From: Endomicrobiales bacterium
GTDB taxonomy: Bacteria > Elusimicrobiota > Endomicrobiia > Endomicrobiales > JALOBY01
Length of the DNA stretch: 64,000 nt
Assembly (NCBI GenBank): GCA_963796955.1
Contig: CAWCNJ010000008.1
Coordinates: 32,001 to 96,000 of the forward strand
Reading direction: 5' to 3'
The notes under the pieces are model-generated. The model ran no database searches. It saw nothing but the letters and a program-made list of their open reading frames with translations, and was not told the origin of the DNA. Position numbers and translations under genes: made by a program. This document shows, piece after piece, positions 32,349-44,114 of this stretch; the first letter of the stretch is position 1; every line of letters begins with the position of its first letter.

Positions 32349-33755
32349 ATGAATATACGTTTTGGCACAGACGGTTGGCGGGCCGTAATAGCTGAGCAAT
32401 TTACTTTTGATAATGTGCGAAAGGTTGCGTATGCGATCGCCGAGTATGCTGTTTCAACGGTCGCTGCACCCACGATAGTAGTAGGCTATGATACCAGGTT
32501 CCAGTCAAAGGACTTTGCCCGGGCTGTCGCTGATGTTCTTGCCGGTGCTGGTTGCAAGGTTGTCCTGAGCAGATCGGTCGTTTCTACTCCTGCTGTCTCA
32601 TCGGCTGTCGTATCAATGAAAGCTTTTGGTGGAGTAGTGATCTCGGCAAGCCATAACCCTGCTGCATTTAACGGGATAAAATTTAAAACCTCCGACGGCT
32701 GTTCAGCCCCTGAAACCGTAACAGCAATATTTGAGAAATTGCTAAAATCCGACCATCACCCGCGTACTAAAAGAACTTCGTGTGCCATTCAGGAAACCGA
32801 TCTTACCGCTGCCTACCTGAAACATCTTACTTCGATCGTCGATATGTCTCTTATTAAACGGCACCCTGCAACAGTCGTAGTAGACCCTTTATACGGCGCG
32901 GCAATCGGGTATATGAAGACCCTTCTTGCCGGGTCGCGCGTGAAGGTTATAGAAATTCACGGAAAACCGGACCCCATGTTCGGCGGTATTCACCCGGAGC
33001 CAATAGAGCATAATCTTGACGATTTGAAGACCATGGTTAAACAGAATGGAGCCGCGGCCGGTCTTTCCACCGACGGTGATGCGGATCGCATAGGTGTGGT
33101 TGATGACAAAGGAAGATATTTAACCCCTCACCAGATCTTTCCGCTTCTCGTATATTACCTTTGCAAATATAAAGGCATGAAGGGTAAGGTGGTTCAGGCT
33201 ATATCGCTTGGCGTTCTTAGTGAGCGTATTGCGGCAGATTTTTCTTTGCCGTTTGAGGAAGTGCCCATAGGTTTTAAATACATAGCCGGTCGTATCATGA
33301 GCGGGGATGTCCTTATAGGCGGCGAAGAGAGTGGTGGTTATGGCTACGGTAACTATCTCCCTGAGCGTGACGGCATACTTAACTCACTAATGGTACTTGA
33401 AATGCTGGCGCATACAAAAAAACCGTTATCGGCGCTGCTTGATGAAATGCAAAAGAGATATGGAACATCTTGTTATGAACGCACTGACTTTATCAATCCC
33501 GGGATACCGAAGGATCGGCTGGTGGCAATACTAAGGGATTCTGCTCCCAAAATGATAAGCGGCCAAAAGGTAGTGCAGATAAAAGACTACGATGGCATTG
33601 AGTTCGTGCTTGCTGACGGTTCTTGGCTTTTATTACGGCCATCTGGAACGGAGCCGGTCATAAGGGTCTATGCTGAGTCTGATTGCGAAAAATCGACAAA
33701 ATCAATTATCAAATGGGGTAATAATATGATAAAATCACTGGTGTCAAAAGCTTGA
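32349..33755 (+). CDS. Phosphoglucomutase/phosphomannomutase
   Basis: FGTDGWR, SASHNP, DGDADR, GEESGG, RPSGTEP. Confidence 0.93.
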   Translation: MNIRFGTDGWRAVIAEQFTFDNVRKVAYAIAEYAVSTVAAPTIVVGYDTRFQSKDFARAVADVLAGAGCKVVLSRSVVSTPAVSSAVVSMKAFGGVVISASHNPAAFNGIKFKTSDGCSAPETVTAIFEKLLKSDHHPRTKRTSCAIQETDLTAAYLKHLTSIVDMSLIKRHPATVVVDPLYGAAIGYMKTLLAGSRVKVIEIHGKPDPMFGGIHPEPIEHNLDDLKTMVKQNGAAAGLSTDGDADRIGVVDDKGRYLTPHQIFPLLVYYLCKYKGMKGKVVQAISLGVLSERIAADFSLPFEEVPIGFKYIAGRIMSGDVLIGGEESGGYGYGNYLPERDGILNSLMVLEMLAHTKKPLSALLDEMQKRYGTSCYERTDFINPGIPKDRLVAILRDSAPKMISGQKVVQIKDYDGIEFVLADGSWLLLRPSGTEPVIRVYAESDCEKSTKSIIKWGNNMIKSLVSKA

Positions 33756-33770
33756 TAAACTGGAGGATGA

Positions 33771-34826
33771 ATGTCATCTACTGAGAAGCTTAAAGCATTG
33801 GACCTGGCGTTGACGCAGATCGAAAAAGACTACGGTAAAGAAGCTATCATGCGTCTTGGTGAGCGGCATACCAAATCTCCGGTCGAGTTCATTTCTACCG
33901 GGGCTTTGCCGCTTGATATAGCTATTGGTGTAGGCGGTATCCCTCGCGGACGCGTAGTTGAGATATATGGCCCTGAATCCTCGGGCAAAACAACTCTTGC
34001 GCTGTGTGTCGTCGCTGAAACACAGAAGGCCGGCGGTATTGCGGCCTATATTGACGCTGAACATGCGATGGATCCGGATTACGCGACTAAGCTTGGTGTT
34101 AAGATAGATGATCTATATATTTCTCAGCCGGATTCAGGTGAGCAGGCCCTGGAGATAACTGAGAAATTAGTTCGGTCCGGTGCTATTGATACCATCGTTA
34201 TCGACTCAGTTGCAGCTTTGGTTCCGAAGGCTGAGATTGAAGGCGAGATGGGCGACTCACACATGGGCTTGCAGGCCAGGCTCATGAGCCAGGCGCTGAG
34301 AAAGCTTACGTCAACGATATCGAAATCCAAGACATCAATTATCTTTATAAATCAGATCCGTCAAAAGATCGGTGTTATGTGGGGAAACCCGGAAACCACG
34401 CCCGGCGGTATGGCGCTGAAATTTTACGCCTCTGTGAGGCTTGATATTAGACGTGTTGAATCTATCAAGAAGGGCGAGGAAGTAATAGGCAATAAGGTTC
34501 GTGTTAAAGTAGTGAAAAATAAAGTTGCGCCACCATTCAAGAACGCTGAATTCGATCTGTTGTTCGGTATAGGTATAGACAAGACCGGTTACTTGATTGA
34601 TATGGGCGTGAACGAAGGTTTTGTTGAGAAAGCAGGAGCATTCTTCTCATACAATGGCGAAAAGATCGGCCAGGGCCGGGACAACGCTAAGCAGTATCTA
34701 AGCGATCACCCGGAGACATATCAGTCAATTGAGGCGGCTCTTCGCAAGAAATTCTTTACTCCTGATGAAAATGGACAGGTACCTACGGTCACAAGAGAAG
34801 TTAAACCTCCGAAAACAAAGAAGTAA
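33771..34826 (+). CDS. recA: Recombinase RecA
   Basis: [53 protein letters not shown]. Confidence 0.98.
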   Translation: MSSTEKLKALDLALTQIEKDYGKEAIMRLGERHTKSPVEFISTGALPLDIAIGVGGIPRGRVVEIYGPESSGKTTLALCVVAETQKAGGIAAYIDAEHAMDPDYATKLGVKIDDLYISQPDSGEQALEITEKLVRSGAIDTIVIDSVAALVPKAEIEGEMGDSHMGLQARLMSQALRKLTSTISKSKTSIIFINQIRQKIGVMWGNPETTPGGMALKFYASVRLDIRRVESIKKGEEVIGNKVRVKVVKNKVAPPFKNAEFDLLFGIGIDKTGYLIDMGVNEGFVEKAGAFFSYNGEKIGQGRDNAKQYLSDHPETYQSIEAALRKKFFTPDENGQVPTVTREVKPPKTKK

Positions 34827-34843
34827 TTTGTGAATTCCCATTA

Positions 34844-34870
34844 TACCCCTCTTTTGTTAAAGAGGGGGTA
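34844..34870. repeat. REP-like imperfect palindrome downstream of recA
   Basis: TACCCCTCTTT-TGTT-AAAGAGGGGGTA followed by GGGGAG. Confidence 0.45.
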
Positions 34871-34884
34871 GGGGAGTTCCTCAA

Positions 34885-34924
34885 CAGAAAAAAGGGTAAA
34901 GGCCTAGGCTTTTACCCTTTTCTG
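34885..34924 (+). terminator. Rho-independent (likely bidirectional) terminator after recA
   Basis: AAAAGGGTAAAGGCC-TA-GGCTTTTACCCTTTT inverted repeat with A-tract before and T-tract after. Confidence 0.7.
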
Positions 34925-34939
34925 ACAACTGGGAACGGC

Positions 34940-36130
34940 ATGATCAACGGCGAGAACATTATTTGTTTTGGGTTTGCTGAGTGGGATAACCCGTACAAAA
35001 CCAACCAGCACCATATTATGAGCCGGCTGTCTTTGAACAATAAAGTATTGTTCATAGAATCGCTTGGTTTGCGTCAGCCTGTTTTTCAGGGACGGGACCT
35101 GCGCAGAATGGTTTGCAGGATCGTGAAATTTTTTAAAGGTCCCCGTAGAATGTCGGATAATCTCTTTGTTTACGCCCCCCTCGTTTTACCTTTTCATAAA
35201 TTCGCGATGGTTCGTTGGTTCAATAGACACTTTCTGAAGGTTCAGCTAAGCTCGGTCGTGAAAACACTTCACTTGTCAGACCCGGTAATTTGGAGCTATA
35301 TTCCAAATGCTGTTGATTTACTTGGTATCTGGAAAGAAAAGCTTAGTGTATATCACTGTGTTGATGACCTAAGCGCTAACCCGCGTATTGATACCAAGTC
35401 GTTGATCGAACAGGAAGATCGTTTTCTTAAGCGAGTTTCATTGGTATTTACCACGGCTAAAGCTCTGTTCGAAGAAAAAAGGAAACATAATCCGCATACC
35501 TATTATCTTCCCAACGTTGCTGATTACGAACATTTCCATAAGGCCGTTGATACAAATCTCGTGCTTCCCGCGGACTTGGCGGGCATACAAAGCGCGATCA
35601 TTGGCTTTATAGGTGCGATAAGCGACTACAAGCTTGATTTTTCTTTGATCGCCGCAATAGCTTCAAGCCATCCTGAATGGTGCATTGTGCTGGTAGGTGT
35701 CACCGGTGAGGGGGAAAAGAAAGCTGACCTTTCCATTCTATTCGCATATAAGAACATTCGCATTGTGGGGGGACGGCCATATTCTGTATTACCGGCCTAT
35801 TTAAAAGCGTTCGACGTTTGCATACTTCCGAACAAGATAAATGATTACACGCGGAATATGTTCCCTATGAAATTTTATGAATATCTATCTGCGGGTAAGC
35901 CCGTCGTCTCAACACCCTTGCCGGCGCTCTCAGAACACACCGACCTGTATTACCTCGCGAATAATTACGATGAGTTTGTAAAAAATATTGAAACCGCGTT
36001 AACGGAATCAGACAGCAATTTGAAAGAAAGGCGGTTCGCTGCCGCGCGGAAAAACACCTGGGATGTCCGTATACAGTCGATGTCAGAAATAATAGATAGT
36101 TACAGGAAAGGTGTTCCCTATGCGCGGTAA
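34940..36130 (+). CDS. Glycosyltransferase (GT4-like, TuaH-like)
   Basis: NQHHIMSRL, VYHCVDD, IGFIGAI, FPMKFYEYLSAGKPVVST. Confidence 0.82.
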   Translation: MINGENIICFGFAEWDNPYKTNQHHIMSRLSLNNKVLFIESLGLRQPVFQGRDLRRMVCRIVKFFKGPRRMSDNLFVYAPLVLPFHKFAMVRWFNRHFLKVQLSSVVKTLHLSDPVIWSYIPNAVDLLGIWKEKLSVYHCVDDLSANPRIDTKSLIEQEDRFLKRVSLVFTTAKALFEEKRKHNPHTYYLPNVADYEHFHKAVDTNLVLPADLAGIQSAIIGFIGAISDYKLDFSLIAAIASSHPEWCIVLVGVTGEGEKKADLSILFAYKNIRIVGGRPYSVLPAYLKAFDVCILPNKINDYTRNMFPMKFYEYLSAGKPVVSTPLPALSEHTDLYYLANNYDEFVKNIETALTESDSNLKERRFAAARKNTWDVRIQSMSEIIDSYRKGVPYAR

Positions 36131-37253
36131 TCAATTGCTGAAATATCTGGATAAATTTGCTGGCTCGCTTTTGCTGTGGATACTTGGTTCGCTGCGAAGC
36201 AAAAATACCGTATTGCCAACCGATCCCCGGCGAATTATCATCGTAAAACTATCAGCAATTGGCGATACTTTATTGCTATATCCATCCCTGAGAGCACTGA
36301 AGGCAAAATATCCGAAGGCTGAGATAGCAGCCGTGTGTACTAAGATCAATCAGGAAATATTTTATAGATGCAGATATATCGATAAAGTGATCGCGGTTAA
36401 CCTGAAGGATTTGTTAATCAATCCTGTCTCAGTGTTGAAGCCGTTGTGGTCAGTTAGACCTGATCTGGCGGTCGATTTTGATCAGTGGACAAGGCTCCCG
36501 GCAATTCTGGCTCTGGCTACAAGACCGAAATATCTCCTTGGTTTTTCAACAGAAGGACAAAAACGTCATTATGCATTCGATCTAGTTGTGCCGCATAGCC
36601 GTACAGAACACGAAATTGATTGTTTCTTAGGGCTGGCCGGTGCGGCGGGAGCAATGTCGTCTGACACAGGTCTTGAATTCTCGGCCACAGATCGGGAAAA
36701 CAAAGACGTGGAAATATTCCTTAATAAAAATGGGATCGCACCGAAGGGATTCATTGTTATGCATCCCGAGACACCCATCCATGGACGTCAGCGCCACTGG
36801 CCGGCCCACAGTTTCATAGAGTTGGGAAGAATGATCATTTCTCAAACTGATAAACATATTTTATTAACCGGCACTAAAACTGAATTATCGTCAAACTTAA
36901 ATATTAAAAATGCTCTTGGCGAAAGAGTTATCTGCGTTCCCCCGGTAACCATAGGCTTTTTGGCGGCTCTGTACGCGAAAGCCTCCGCCCTTATTTGCGG
37001 GAATACGGGTATTATGCATCTTGCCTGCGCAATGGATACCCCCATAGTAGCGCTTCATGGACCAACGAGCCCTCTGAAGTGGGGCCCGCGCACAAGATCC
37101 TCGCGATCCTTCGCGTTGAAATCGCCCATGGCCTGCAGCCCGTGTCTGTATCTGGGATTCGAATATGGATGTAATGACAACGCCTGCATGAGAAGCATAA
37201 CGGCTGAATTGGTGTTTGAGAATGTTAAAAACCTTTTGCAAAACCAATCCTAA
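36120..37253 (+). CDS. GT9 glycosyltransferase (heptosyltransferase-like)
   Basis: KLSAIGD.LL..P, NTGIMHLA.A...P.VALHGPT, Cys-rich C-terminus. Confidence 0.85.
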   Translation: MRGNQLLKYLDKFAGSLLLWILGSLRSKNTVLPTDPRRIIIVKLSAIGDTLLLYPSLRALKAKYPKAEIAAVCTKINQEIFYRCRYIDKVIAVNLKDLLINPVSVLKPLWSVRPDLAVDFDQWTRLPAILALATRPKYLLGFSTEGQKRHYAFDLVVPHSRTEHEIDCFLGLAGAAGAMSSDTGLEFSATDRENKDVEIFLNKNGIAPKGFIVMHPETPIHGRQRHWPAHSFIELGRMIISQTDKHILLTGTKTELSSNLNIKNALGERVICVPPVTIGFLAALYAKASALICGNTGIMHLACAMDTPIVALHGPTSPLKWGPRTRSSRSFALKSPMACSPCLYLGFEYGCNDNACMRSITAELVFENVKNLLQNQS

Positions 37254-37264
37254 ATTGATAATAT
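37236..37264 (+). promoter_or_regulatory. Putative sigma70 promoter for the sugar transferase gene
   Basis: TTGCAA (37236-41), 17-nt spacer ending in TGn, TAATAT (37259-64). Confidence 0.5.
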
Positions 37265-37274
37265 TTATCCACTT

Positions 37275-38654
37275 ATGAAGATAAATAAAACCCGCACCCT
37301 GGTTTTTCTGACGCTATTGTTCTCAGATATATTTTGCATAGTTCTGTCTCTGTATCTTGCCTATAATTTTCGCTTTCATTCAGCATTCGTAACGGTATTG
37401 CCTGTAACGAAAGGGCTCCCGGAATATTTGTTTTACCAACATCTGCTGTATTTTATAGTTCCCCTTTGGCTTTTGATCTTTTATCACCACAAACTCTATA
37501 GGACTTTTTTTCTGCCTCCTCTTGACGATCTGATCCGCGTTGTCAGAGCAGTCTCTCTTAGTGTGATCTTTACGTTGCTTGCGATATTCTTTTACCGTGA
37601 ATTTTCTTATTCCCGTGGGGTATTAGCGTTGTTCTGGTGTTACTCCATTTTGTTGATCTTTTTATCCCGGCAATTGGTACGTTATTTCGTTAAGTATGCC
37701 TTCAGGTCACTTCTTGAACGTGAAAGCATACTTGTTGTTGGTGTCAATAACAAGATGATCAAGGATATCCTTAAACAGTATCATTACAAGAAATGTTTCT
37801 TTTTTCCTAACGACGACGAAACGTATGTTGAAGATATAAAAGCGATGTGCCGGCAAAGGGATATCAAAGAGGTTATACTAACAAACTATGGTTGGGCACA
37901 AAATGCACTGCTCTCCTTTTATGACTGGTGTGAAACAGAAGGTATTGACCTGAGATTTATACCTGATATCGTGCAACTTTGCAGAGGCGAGGTAGTCATC
38001 GATTCATCACTGGGCATTCCGACATTTCGTTTAAGGCCGATCTCTTTAAGCGGCTTCGATTTTTATTTCAAGAGAGTTATTGATCTGATCATCTCGACAG
38101 CGATACTGTCATTTATCTGGCCGCTACTTTGGTTTATCTCTATTCTTATAAAACTTGATTCAACTGGACCTTCTTTGTATCATCATAAGCGCGTTGGATA
38201 CCGTGGACAGACATTTGATTTCTTCAAATTCCGATCAATGGTCATAAACGCGGATGAATTGCTTGAAAAATTCAAAAATCAGAGCGAACGCAAAGGTCCT
38301 GTTTTCAAGATGAAAAATGATCCAAGAATAACGATAATAGGTAAATTCTTACGCAGATTCAGTATAGATGAGTTACCTCAACTGCTTAACGTTCTTCGCG
38401 GAGACATGAGTTTGGTAGGTCCCCGTCCTCAAGTGCTTTGGGAAGCAGCGGCTTATGACGATTGGGCAAAACGTCGTTTAAGAGTATTACCCGGTATCAC
38501 AGGACTGTGGCAGGTTTCAGGGCGTGCCGACCTAAGCTACGAGGAAATGATAGAGCTTGATATTTTTTATATTGAAAACTGGTCATTGGGGCTTGATGTA
38601 TCAATTTTAACAAGAACACTGCCGGCGATATTCAGTAAAAAAGGGGCATGCTGA
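37275..38654 (+). CDS. Polyprenyl-phosphate hexose-1-phosphate transferase (initiating sugar transferase, WcaJ/WbaP family)
   Basis: N-terminal TMs; KRVIDL, FKFRSM, DPRIT..GKFLRRFSIDELPQL.NV..GDMSLVGPRP, PGITGLWQVSGR. Confidence 0.92.
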   Translation: MKINKTRTLVFLTLLFSDIFCIVLSLYLAYNFRFHSAFVTVLPVTKGLPEYLFYQHLLYFIVPLWLLIFYHHKLYRTFFLPPLDDLIRVVRAVSLSVIFTLLAIFFYREFSYSRGVLALFWCYSILLIFLSRQLVRYFVKYAFRSLLERESILVVGVNNKMIKDILKQYHYKKCFFFPNDDETYVEDIKAMCRQRDIKEVILTNYGWAQNALLSFYDWCETEGIDLRFIPDIVQLCRGEVVIDSSLGIPTFRLRPISLSGFDFYFKRVIDLIISTAILSFIWPLLWFISILIKLDSTGPSLYHHKRVGYRGQTFDFFKFRSMVINADELLEKFKNQSERKGPVFKMKNDPRITIIGKFLRRFSIDELPQLLNVLRGDMSLVGPRPQVLWEAAAYDDWAKRRLRVLPGITGLWQVSGRADLSYEEMIELDIFYIENWSLGLDVSILTRTLPAIFSKKGAC

Positions 38655-38718
38655 ACGGATAGTTCAGTGTGTAGCGTAGAGAAATTTAATTTCAAGACAA
38701 GAATACGGGAGAAAATAC

Positions 38719-39645
38719 ATGAAAATACTTATTACAGGCGGGGCGGGCTTTATCGGATCAAATATCGCTGATAAGATGCTGGAAGAAGGCCATAGCGTAG
38801 TAATAATTGACAATCTGTCATCGGGACAGAAAAAGAATATTCCGTCAAAGGCAAAGTTCTATAAGGCGGATATCACTGATGTCAAACTTGTAGATTCAGT
38901 TATAAAGAAGGAAAGGCCGCAAGTTATCTGCCATCATGCGGCTCAGATAGATGTGCGTAAATCCGTTGAAGACCCTGCCTTTGATGCTAAGGTGAACGTA
39001 TTGGGCGCCTTGAACGTTTTCGAGGCTGCAAGAAAACATGGTGTTAAAAAAATAGTATTTGCCTCTTCCGGTGGGACTATTTATGGTGAGGTTGGTAAAG
39101 TGCCGCCTACGGAATTGTCTCCCGGTAACCCGCTTTCACCGTATGGAATCACAAAATATACCGTTGAACATTATCTCAAATTTTATAGTTTGATCTATGG
39201 CTTGAAATATACGGTGTTGAGATACGCCAATGTTTATGGCCCCCGGCAGGACCCGCATGGGGAGGCCGGGGTTGTCTCTATCTTCACCGGCCGCATGCTC
39301 ACCGGTGAAGGACTTGTTATTTTTGGCGATGGAAATCAGACCCGGGATTATGTGTTCGTGGCGGATGTCGTTGCGGCGAACGTTGCTGCTCTTACCAAGG
39401 GCGATAATCAGATAATTAATATCGGCACAGGCTGCGCTACCTCGGTTAATACGCTTTTTAACACAATGGCTAAGATCGCCCAATATAAACGCAAGCCGGT
39501 TTATAAGGCTGCCCGCCCCGGTGAGCTGGGAAGAAGTTTGTTGGACGCCTCGAAGGCTAAAAAGTTGCTTGGGTGGGAACCCAAAGTCTGCCTTGCCGAG
39601 GGTTTACAGCTGACTATCGGTTATTTCAGGAACGAGATAAAATGA
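38719..39645 (+). CDS. UDP-glucose 4-epimerase-like NAD-dependent epimerase
   Basis: ITGGAGFIGS, HAAQIDVRKSV.DP, SPYGITK, RYANVYGPRQDPHGEAGVV. Confidence 0.88.
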   Translation: MKILITGGAGFIGSNIADKMLEEGHSVVIIDNLSSGQKKNIPSKAKFYKADITDVKLVDSVIKKERPQVICHHAAQIDVRKSVEDPAFDAKVNVLGALNVFEAARKHGVKKIVFASSGGTIYGEVGKVPPTELSPGNPLSPYGITKYTVEHYLKFYSLIYGLKYTVLRYANVYGPRQDPHGEAGVVSIFTGRMLTGEGLVIFGDGNQTRDYVFVADVVAANVAALTKGDNQIINIGTGCATSVNTLFNTMAKIAQYKRKPVYKAARPGELGRSLLDASKAKKLLGWEPKVCLAEGLQLTIGYFRNEIK

Positions 39646-40670
39646 AAGCATTTATTATGGCAGCAGGCGCGGGCACCAGGCTGCGTCCCCTTACCTACGA
39701 GATACCAAAGCCGATGGTGCCGGTAGTCAATAAGCCTACCATTGAACATACGCTTGAGAACCTTAAGCGCCACGGGATATTGCAGGTCGCGATGAACCTT
39801 AACTACTATCCTGAAACTATCCGTAACTATTTTGGCGACGGGACGAAGTTTGGCATGAAGATAACTTATTCCCTGGAAAAAGAATTGATGGGTACGGCCG
39901 GCGGCGTTAAGAAGATGGAAAAGTTTTTTGATTCAACATTCGTTGTTATGTCAGGTGATGGTTTGACGGATATAGATATCACAAAAGCTCTGAAATTCCA
40001 TAAGAGCCACAAATCAATGGCCACAATGGTGCTTAAGCCGATAGACGCGAAATTTGATTACGGTGTGACCATTACTGATAAAACCGGTCGTATAAGCAAA
40101 TTTATTGAAAAGCCCAGCTGGAGCGATGTGTTCGCGAACACCGTCAATACCGGTATATATATTTTTGAACCGGAAATATTTTCGTTTATTCCCAAAGATA
40201 AATTTTATGATTTTGGCATGAATGTGTGGCCTGCACTGCTTAAGAAAAAAGAGCGGATATTCGGCTACGTTATGGATGAGTACTGGACCGATGTAGGGAA
40301 TCTTGCGGAATACAGAAAAGGCGTTGCAGACGCCCTGGACCGTAAGCTGACCGTACGCATACCGGGCGAGCAGGTGAGCCCCGGTATCTGGATAGGTAAA
40401 GGCACGAAGATACAGACAGGCGCAGTACTTAACGCTCCTTGCGTTATCGGCAGTGGCTGTTTTATAGGTAAATCTGCTATAATTAACGAGTACACGACCA
40501 TCGGAAATAATTCGCACATCGGCGAAAAAGCGCGTATCAGCAATTCTATATTATGGGAACGTGTGCGGGTGGAAAAAAATGTGCGTCTTACCAACTGCAT
40601 TATCGGCCATGGCGCCAAAGTTTCTGAGGATATTTCCGTCTTTGACGGAGCTGTCATAAACATAGATTAA
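39642..40670 (+). CDS. NDP-sugar synthase (second mannose-1-phosphate guanylyltransferase-like paralog)
   Basis: AAGAGTRLRPLT..PKPM, GTAGGVK, FIEKP, hexapeptide tail. Confidence 0.87.
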   Translation: MKAFIMAAGAGTRLRPLTYEIPKPMVPVVNKPTIEHTLENLKRHGILQVAMNLNYYPETIRNYFGDGTKFGMKITYSLEKELMGTAGGVKKMEKFFDSTFVVMSGDGLTDIDITKALKFHKSHKSMATMVLKPIDAKFDYGVTITDKTGRISKFIEKPSWSDVFANTVNTGIYIFEPEIFSFIPKDKFYDFGMNVWPALLKKKERIFGYVMDEYWTDVGNLAEYRKGVADALDRKLTVRIPGEQVSPGIWIGKGTKIQTGAVLNAPCVIGSGCFIGKSAIINEYTTIGNNSHIGEKARISNSILWERVRVEKNVRLTNCIIGHGAKVSEDISVFDGAVINID

Positions 40671-40688
40671 CATAAGGAGCAGATATTT

Positions 40689-41852
40689 ATGAGCAAAGAC
40701 TTTGTGTTTACGTCGGAATCAGTAACAGAAGGACACCCCGATAAAGTTTGCGACCAGATATCAGATGCAGTTTTGGACGAAGTTCTCAGACAAGATCCAA
40801 TGGGCCGCGTAGCCTGCGAAACCTTTGTCACCATGGGTTTAGTGATCGTCGGCGGGGAGATAACGACGAAAGCTTTTGTAGATGTGCATAAAATAGTGCG
40901 CAAAGTGGTCAATGAGATCGGCTATAATCACCCGAAATTCGGTTTTGATTTCGAGACCTGCGCCATATTGAACGCGATACACACACAGTCACCGGACATC
41001 GCCCAGGGCGTGAATGTCGGCGGCGCCGGCGACCAGGGCCTGATGATAGGCTATGCCTGCAAAGAAACTCCAGAACTAATGCCGTTGCCCATAGCCCTCT
41101 CGCACCGCCTTGCACTGCGCCTTGCCGAAGTTAGAAAAAAGAATATCCTTGATTATCTTGGCCCTGACGGCAAATCCCAGGTCACCGTTGAATACCGCGA
41201 TGGCAAGCCCTACCGCGTTGACACCGTCGTTGTTTCCAGCCAGCACACGGAAGACATCCTTGATAAAACCGGGATGAAGATAACCGAAAAATCCCGCAAA
41301 GAAATGATCGATGCCATTATCCGCCCGATCTGTGGAAAATGGATCGATAATAAGACCAAGTTCTTTATAAACCCGACCGGTAAATTCGTGGTCGGCGGGC
41401 CGCAGTCCGATACCGGCATGACCGGCCGCAAGATCATTGTCGATACCTACGGCGGTATGGCTGCCCACGGCGGCGGCGCTTTCTCCGGCAAAGATCCCAC
41501 GAAGGTAGACCGCAGCGCCTGCTATATGGCCCGCCACATCGCCAAGAACATTGTCGCGGCCGGCATAGCAGAAAAATGCACGGTAGAACTTGCCTACGCG
41601 ATCGGCGTGGCAGACCCCGTTTCCGTGATGGTAGACACGCACAATACCTCGAAGATTTCCGACAAAGAAATAAGCCGCCTTGTTTACAAACACTTTCCGA
41701 TGACGCCCAAAGGAATAATCGACTATCTTAAGCTCCGCAGGCCAATTTACCGTAAGACCGCATCATACGGTCACTTTGGACGTAAAGGCCCCGAGTTCAC
41801 ATGGGAAGAAACGAACAAAGTTGCGGCACTGCGCAAAGACACCAAAATATAA
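40689..41852 (+). CDS. metK: S-adenosylmethionine synthetase
   Basis: [46 protein letters not shown]. Confidence 0.98.
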   Translation: MSKDFVFTSESVTEGHPDKVCDQISDAVLDEVLRQDPMGRVACETFVTMGLVIVGGEITTKAFVDVHKIVRKVVNEIGYNHPKFGFDFETCAILNAIHTQSPDIAQGVNVGGAGDQGLMIGYACKETPELMPLPIALSHRLALRLAEVRKKNILDYLGPDGKSQVTVEYRDGKPYRVDTVVVSSQHTEDILDKTGMKITEKSRKEMIDAIIRPICGKWIDNKTKFFINPTGKFVVGGPQSDTGMTGRKIIVDTYGGMAAHGGGAFSGKDPTKVDRSACYMARHIAKNIVAAGIAEKCTVELAYAIGVADPVSVMVDTHNTSKISDKEISRLVYKHFPMTPKGIIDYLKLRRPIYRKTASYGHFGRKGPEFTWEETNKVAALRKDTKI

Positions 41853-43124
<1,272 letters not shown>

Positions 43125-43136
43125 CTGCGGAAAGTC

Positions 43137-43183
43137 GAAAACCGTCTTCTGAAAAATACTTTGTTTTTCCGAAGACGGTTTTC
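43137..43183 (+). terminator. Long hairpin / probable terminator after ahcY
   Basis: GAAAACCGTCTTC...GAAGACGGTTTTC inverted repeat; only a short U-tract. Confidence 0.55.
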
Positions 43184-43206
43184 ATGACGCGACATGGGAG
43201 GTCTTT

Positions 43207-44058
43207 GTGAAAAAGTGCGCCTGGCTGTGTGTGCCACTGCTGGTTAGTGTTGTGATGTTTACCGGATGCGGCAAGGGGAATATATTTTCCTGGGCCCATT
43301 CCGCCGGAGACACAAAGAACCTTGATTCCATGAACTCGGACGCGTCAGCCGCCCTGCAGGCCAAGGATTACGTCAAGGCCCTTGACTACTACACTAAACT
43401 GATCGCCGCCGATCCCTCCAACTCTGAAGCGATATATGGCTATGCAGTCGCCGAACTTGCGAACTCGGGCCTGGATGTCGGTGACCTGATAGCAAACCTG
43501 ATAAAGCAACAAAATTCAAATACCCCGGAATACAGGAACCTTGCCCCTGCGATCGCGACGCTGGCGGCCCGTTCAAGTAGTTCATCGCAAAACCTTTTAC
43601 CGCAAAGTATCATCGATAATATTGTCAAGCTGAAGAACGCGATCAACGCGGTGCTTGACATGAGCAAACTGCCGAAGATCATTCTCGGCAGGGCGGATTC
43701 TCGTATCAGCCCGGACAATGTTGATGTTAACATTAACGTTGCCTTCTGTCTGCTGCTTCGCGCCGCAATGACTGTGGAGACCGTCATTAAGTTTGACACT
43801 GACTATAATGCAACCGTTATAACTACTGATAAAGTAGCATTGCAGACGGCGGCTGTTTCAGCCCTTAAGGATATTGCGAGCGCATACGCCAGATTCAACG
43901 TTGTGGTGAAAGCGCTTAACATATCCGGCGACAACTCAATAGTAAAGATCAGGGGGAATATCAGCGATCTATTCAATTCAGCTCAGACAGCCTTGAGAGG
44001 TCAGGGAATTGATTGCAGTGGCGTTAAACTGGATACGGACTATTTGTCTCAGCAGTAA
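43207..44058 (+). CDS. Alpha-helical lipoprotein with TPR-like repeat
   Basis: Lipobox VMFTG-C; DYVKALDYYTKLIAADPSNSEAIYG TPR-like segment; GGGAGG RBS. Confidence 0.75.
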   Translation: MKKCAWLCVPLLVSVVMFTGCGKGNIFSWAHSAGDTKNLDSMNSDASAALQAKDYVKALDYYTKLIAADPSNSEAIYGYAVAELANSGLDVGDLIANLIKQQNSNTPEYRNLAPAIATLAARSSSSSQNLLPQSIIDNIVKLKNAINAVLDMSKLPKIILGRADSRISPDNVDVNINVAFCLLLRAAMTVETVIKFDTDYNATVITTDKVALQTAAVSALKDIASAYARFNVVVKALNISGDNSIVKIRGNISDLFNSAQTALRGQGIDCSGVKLDTDYLSQQ

Positions 44059-44114
44059 CTGGAGCTATTTCCACTAAGCTGGAAGCAGCTGAAACACAAC
44101 TATGAGGTGTTTAA

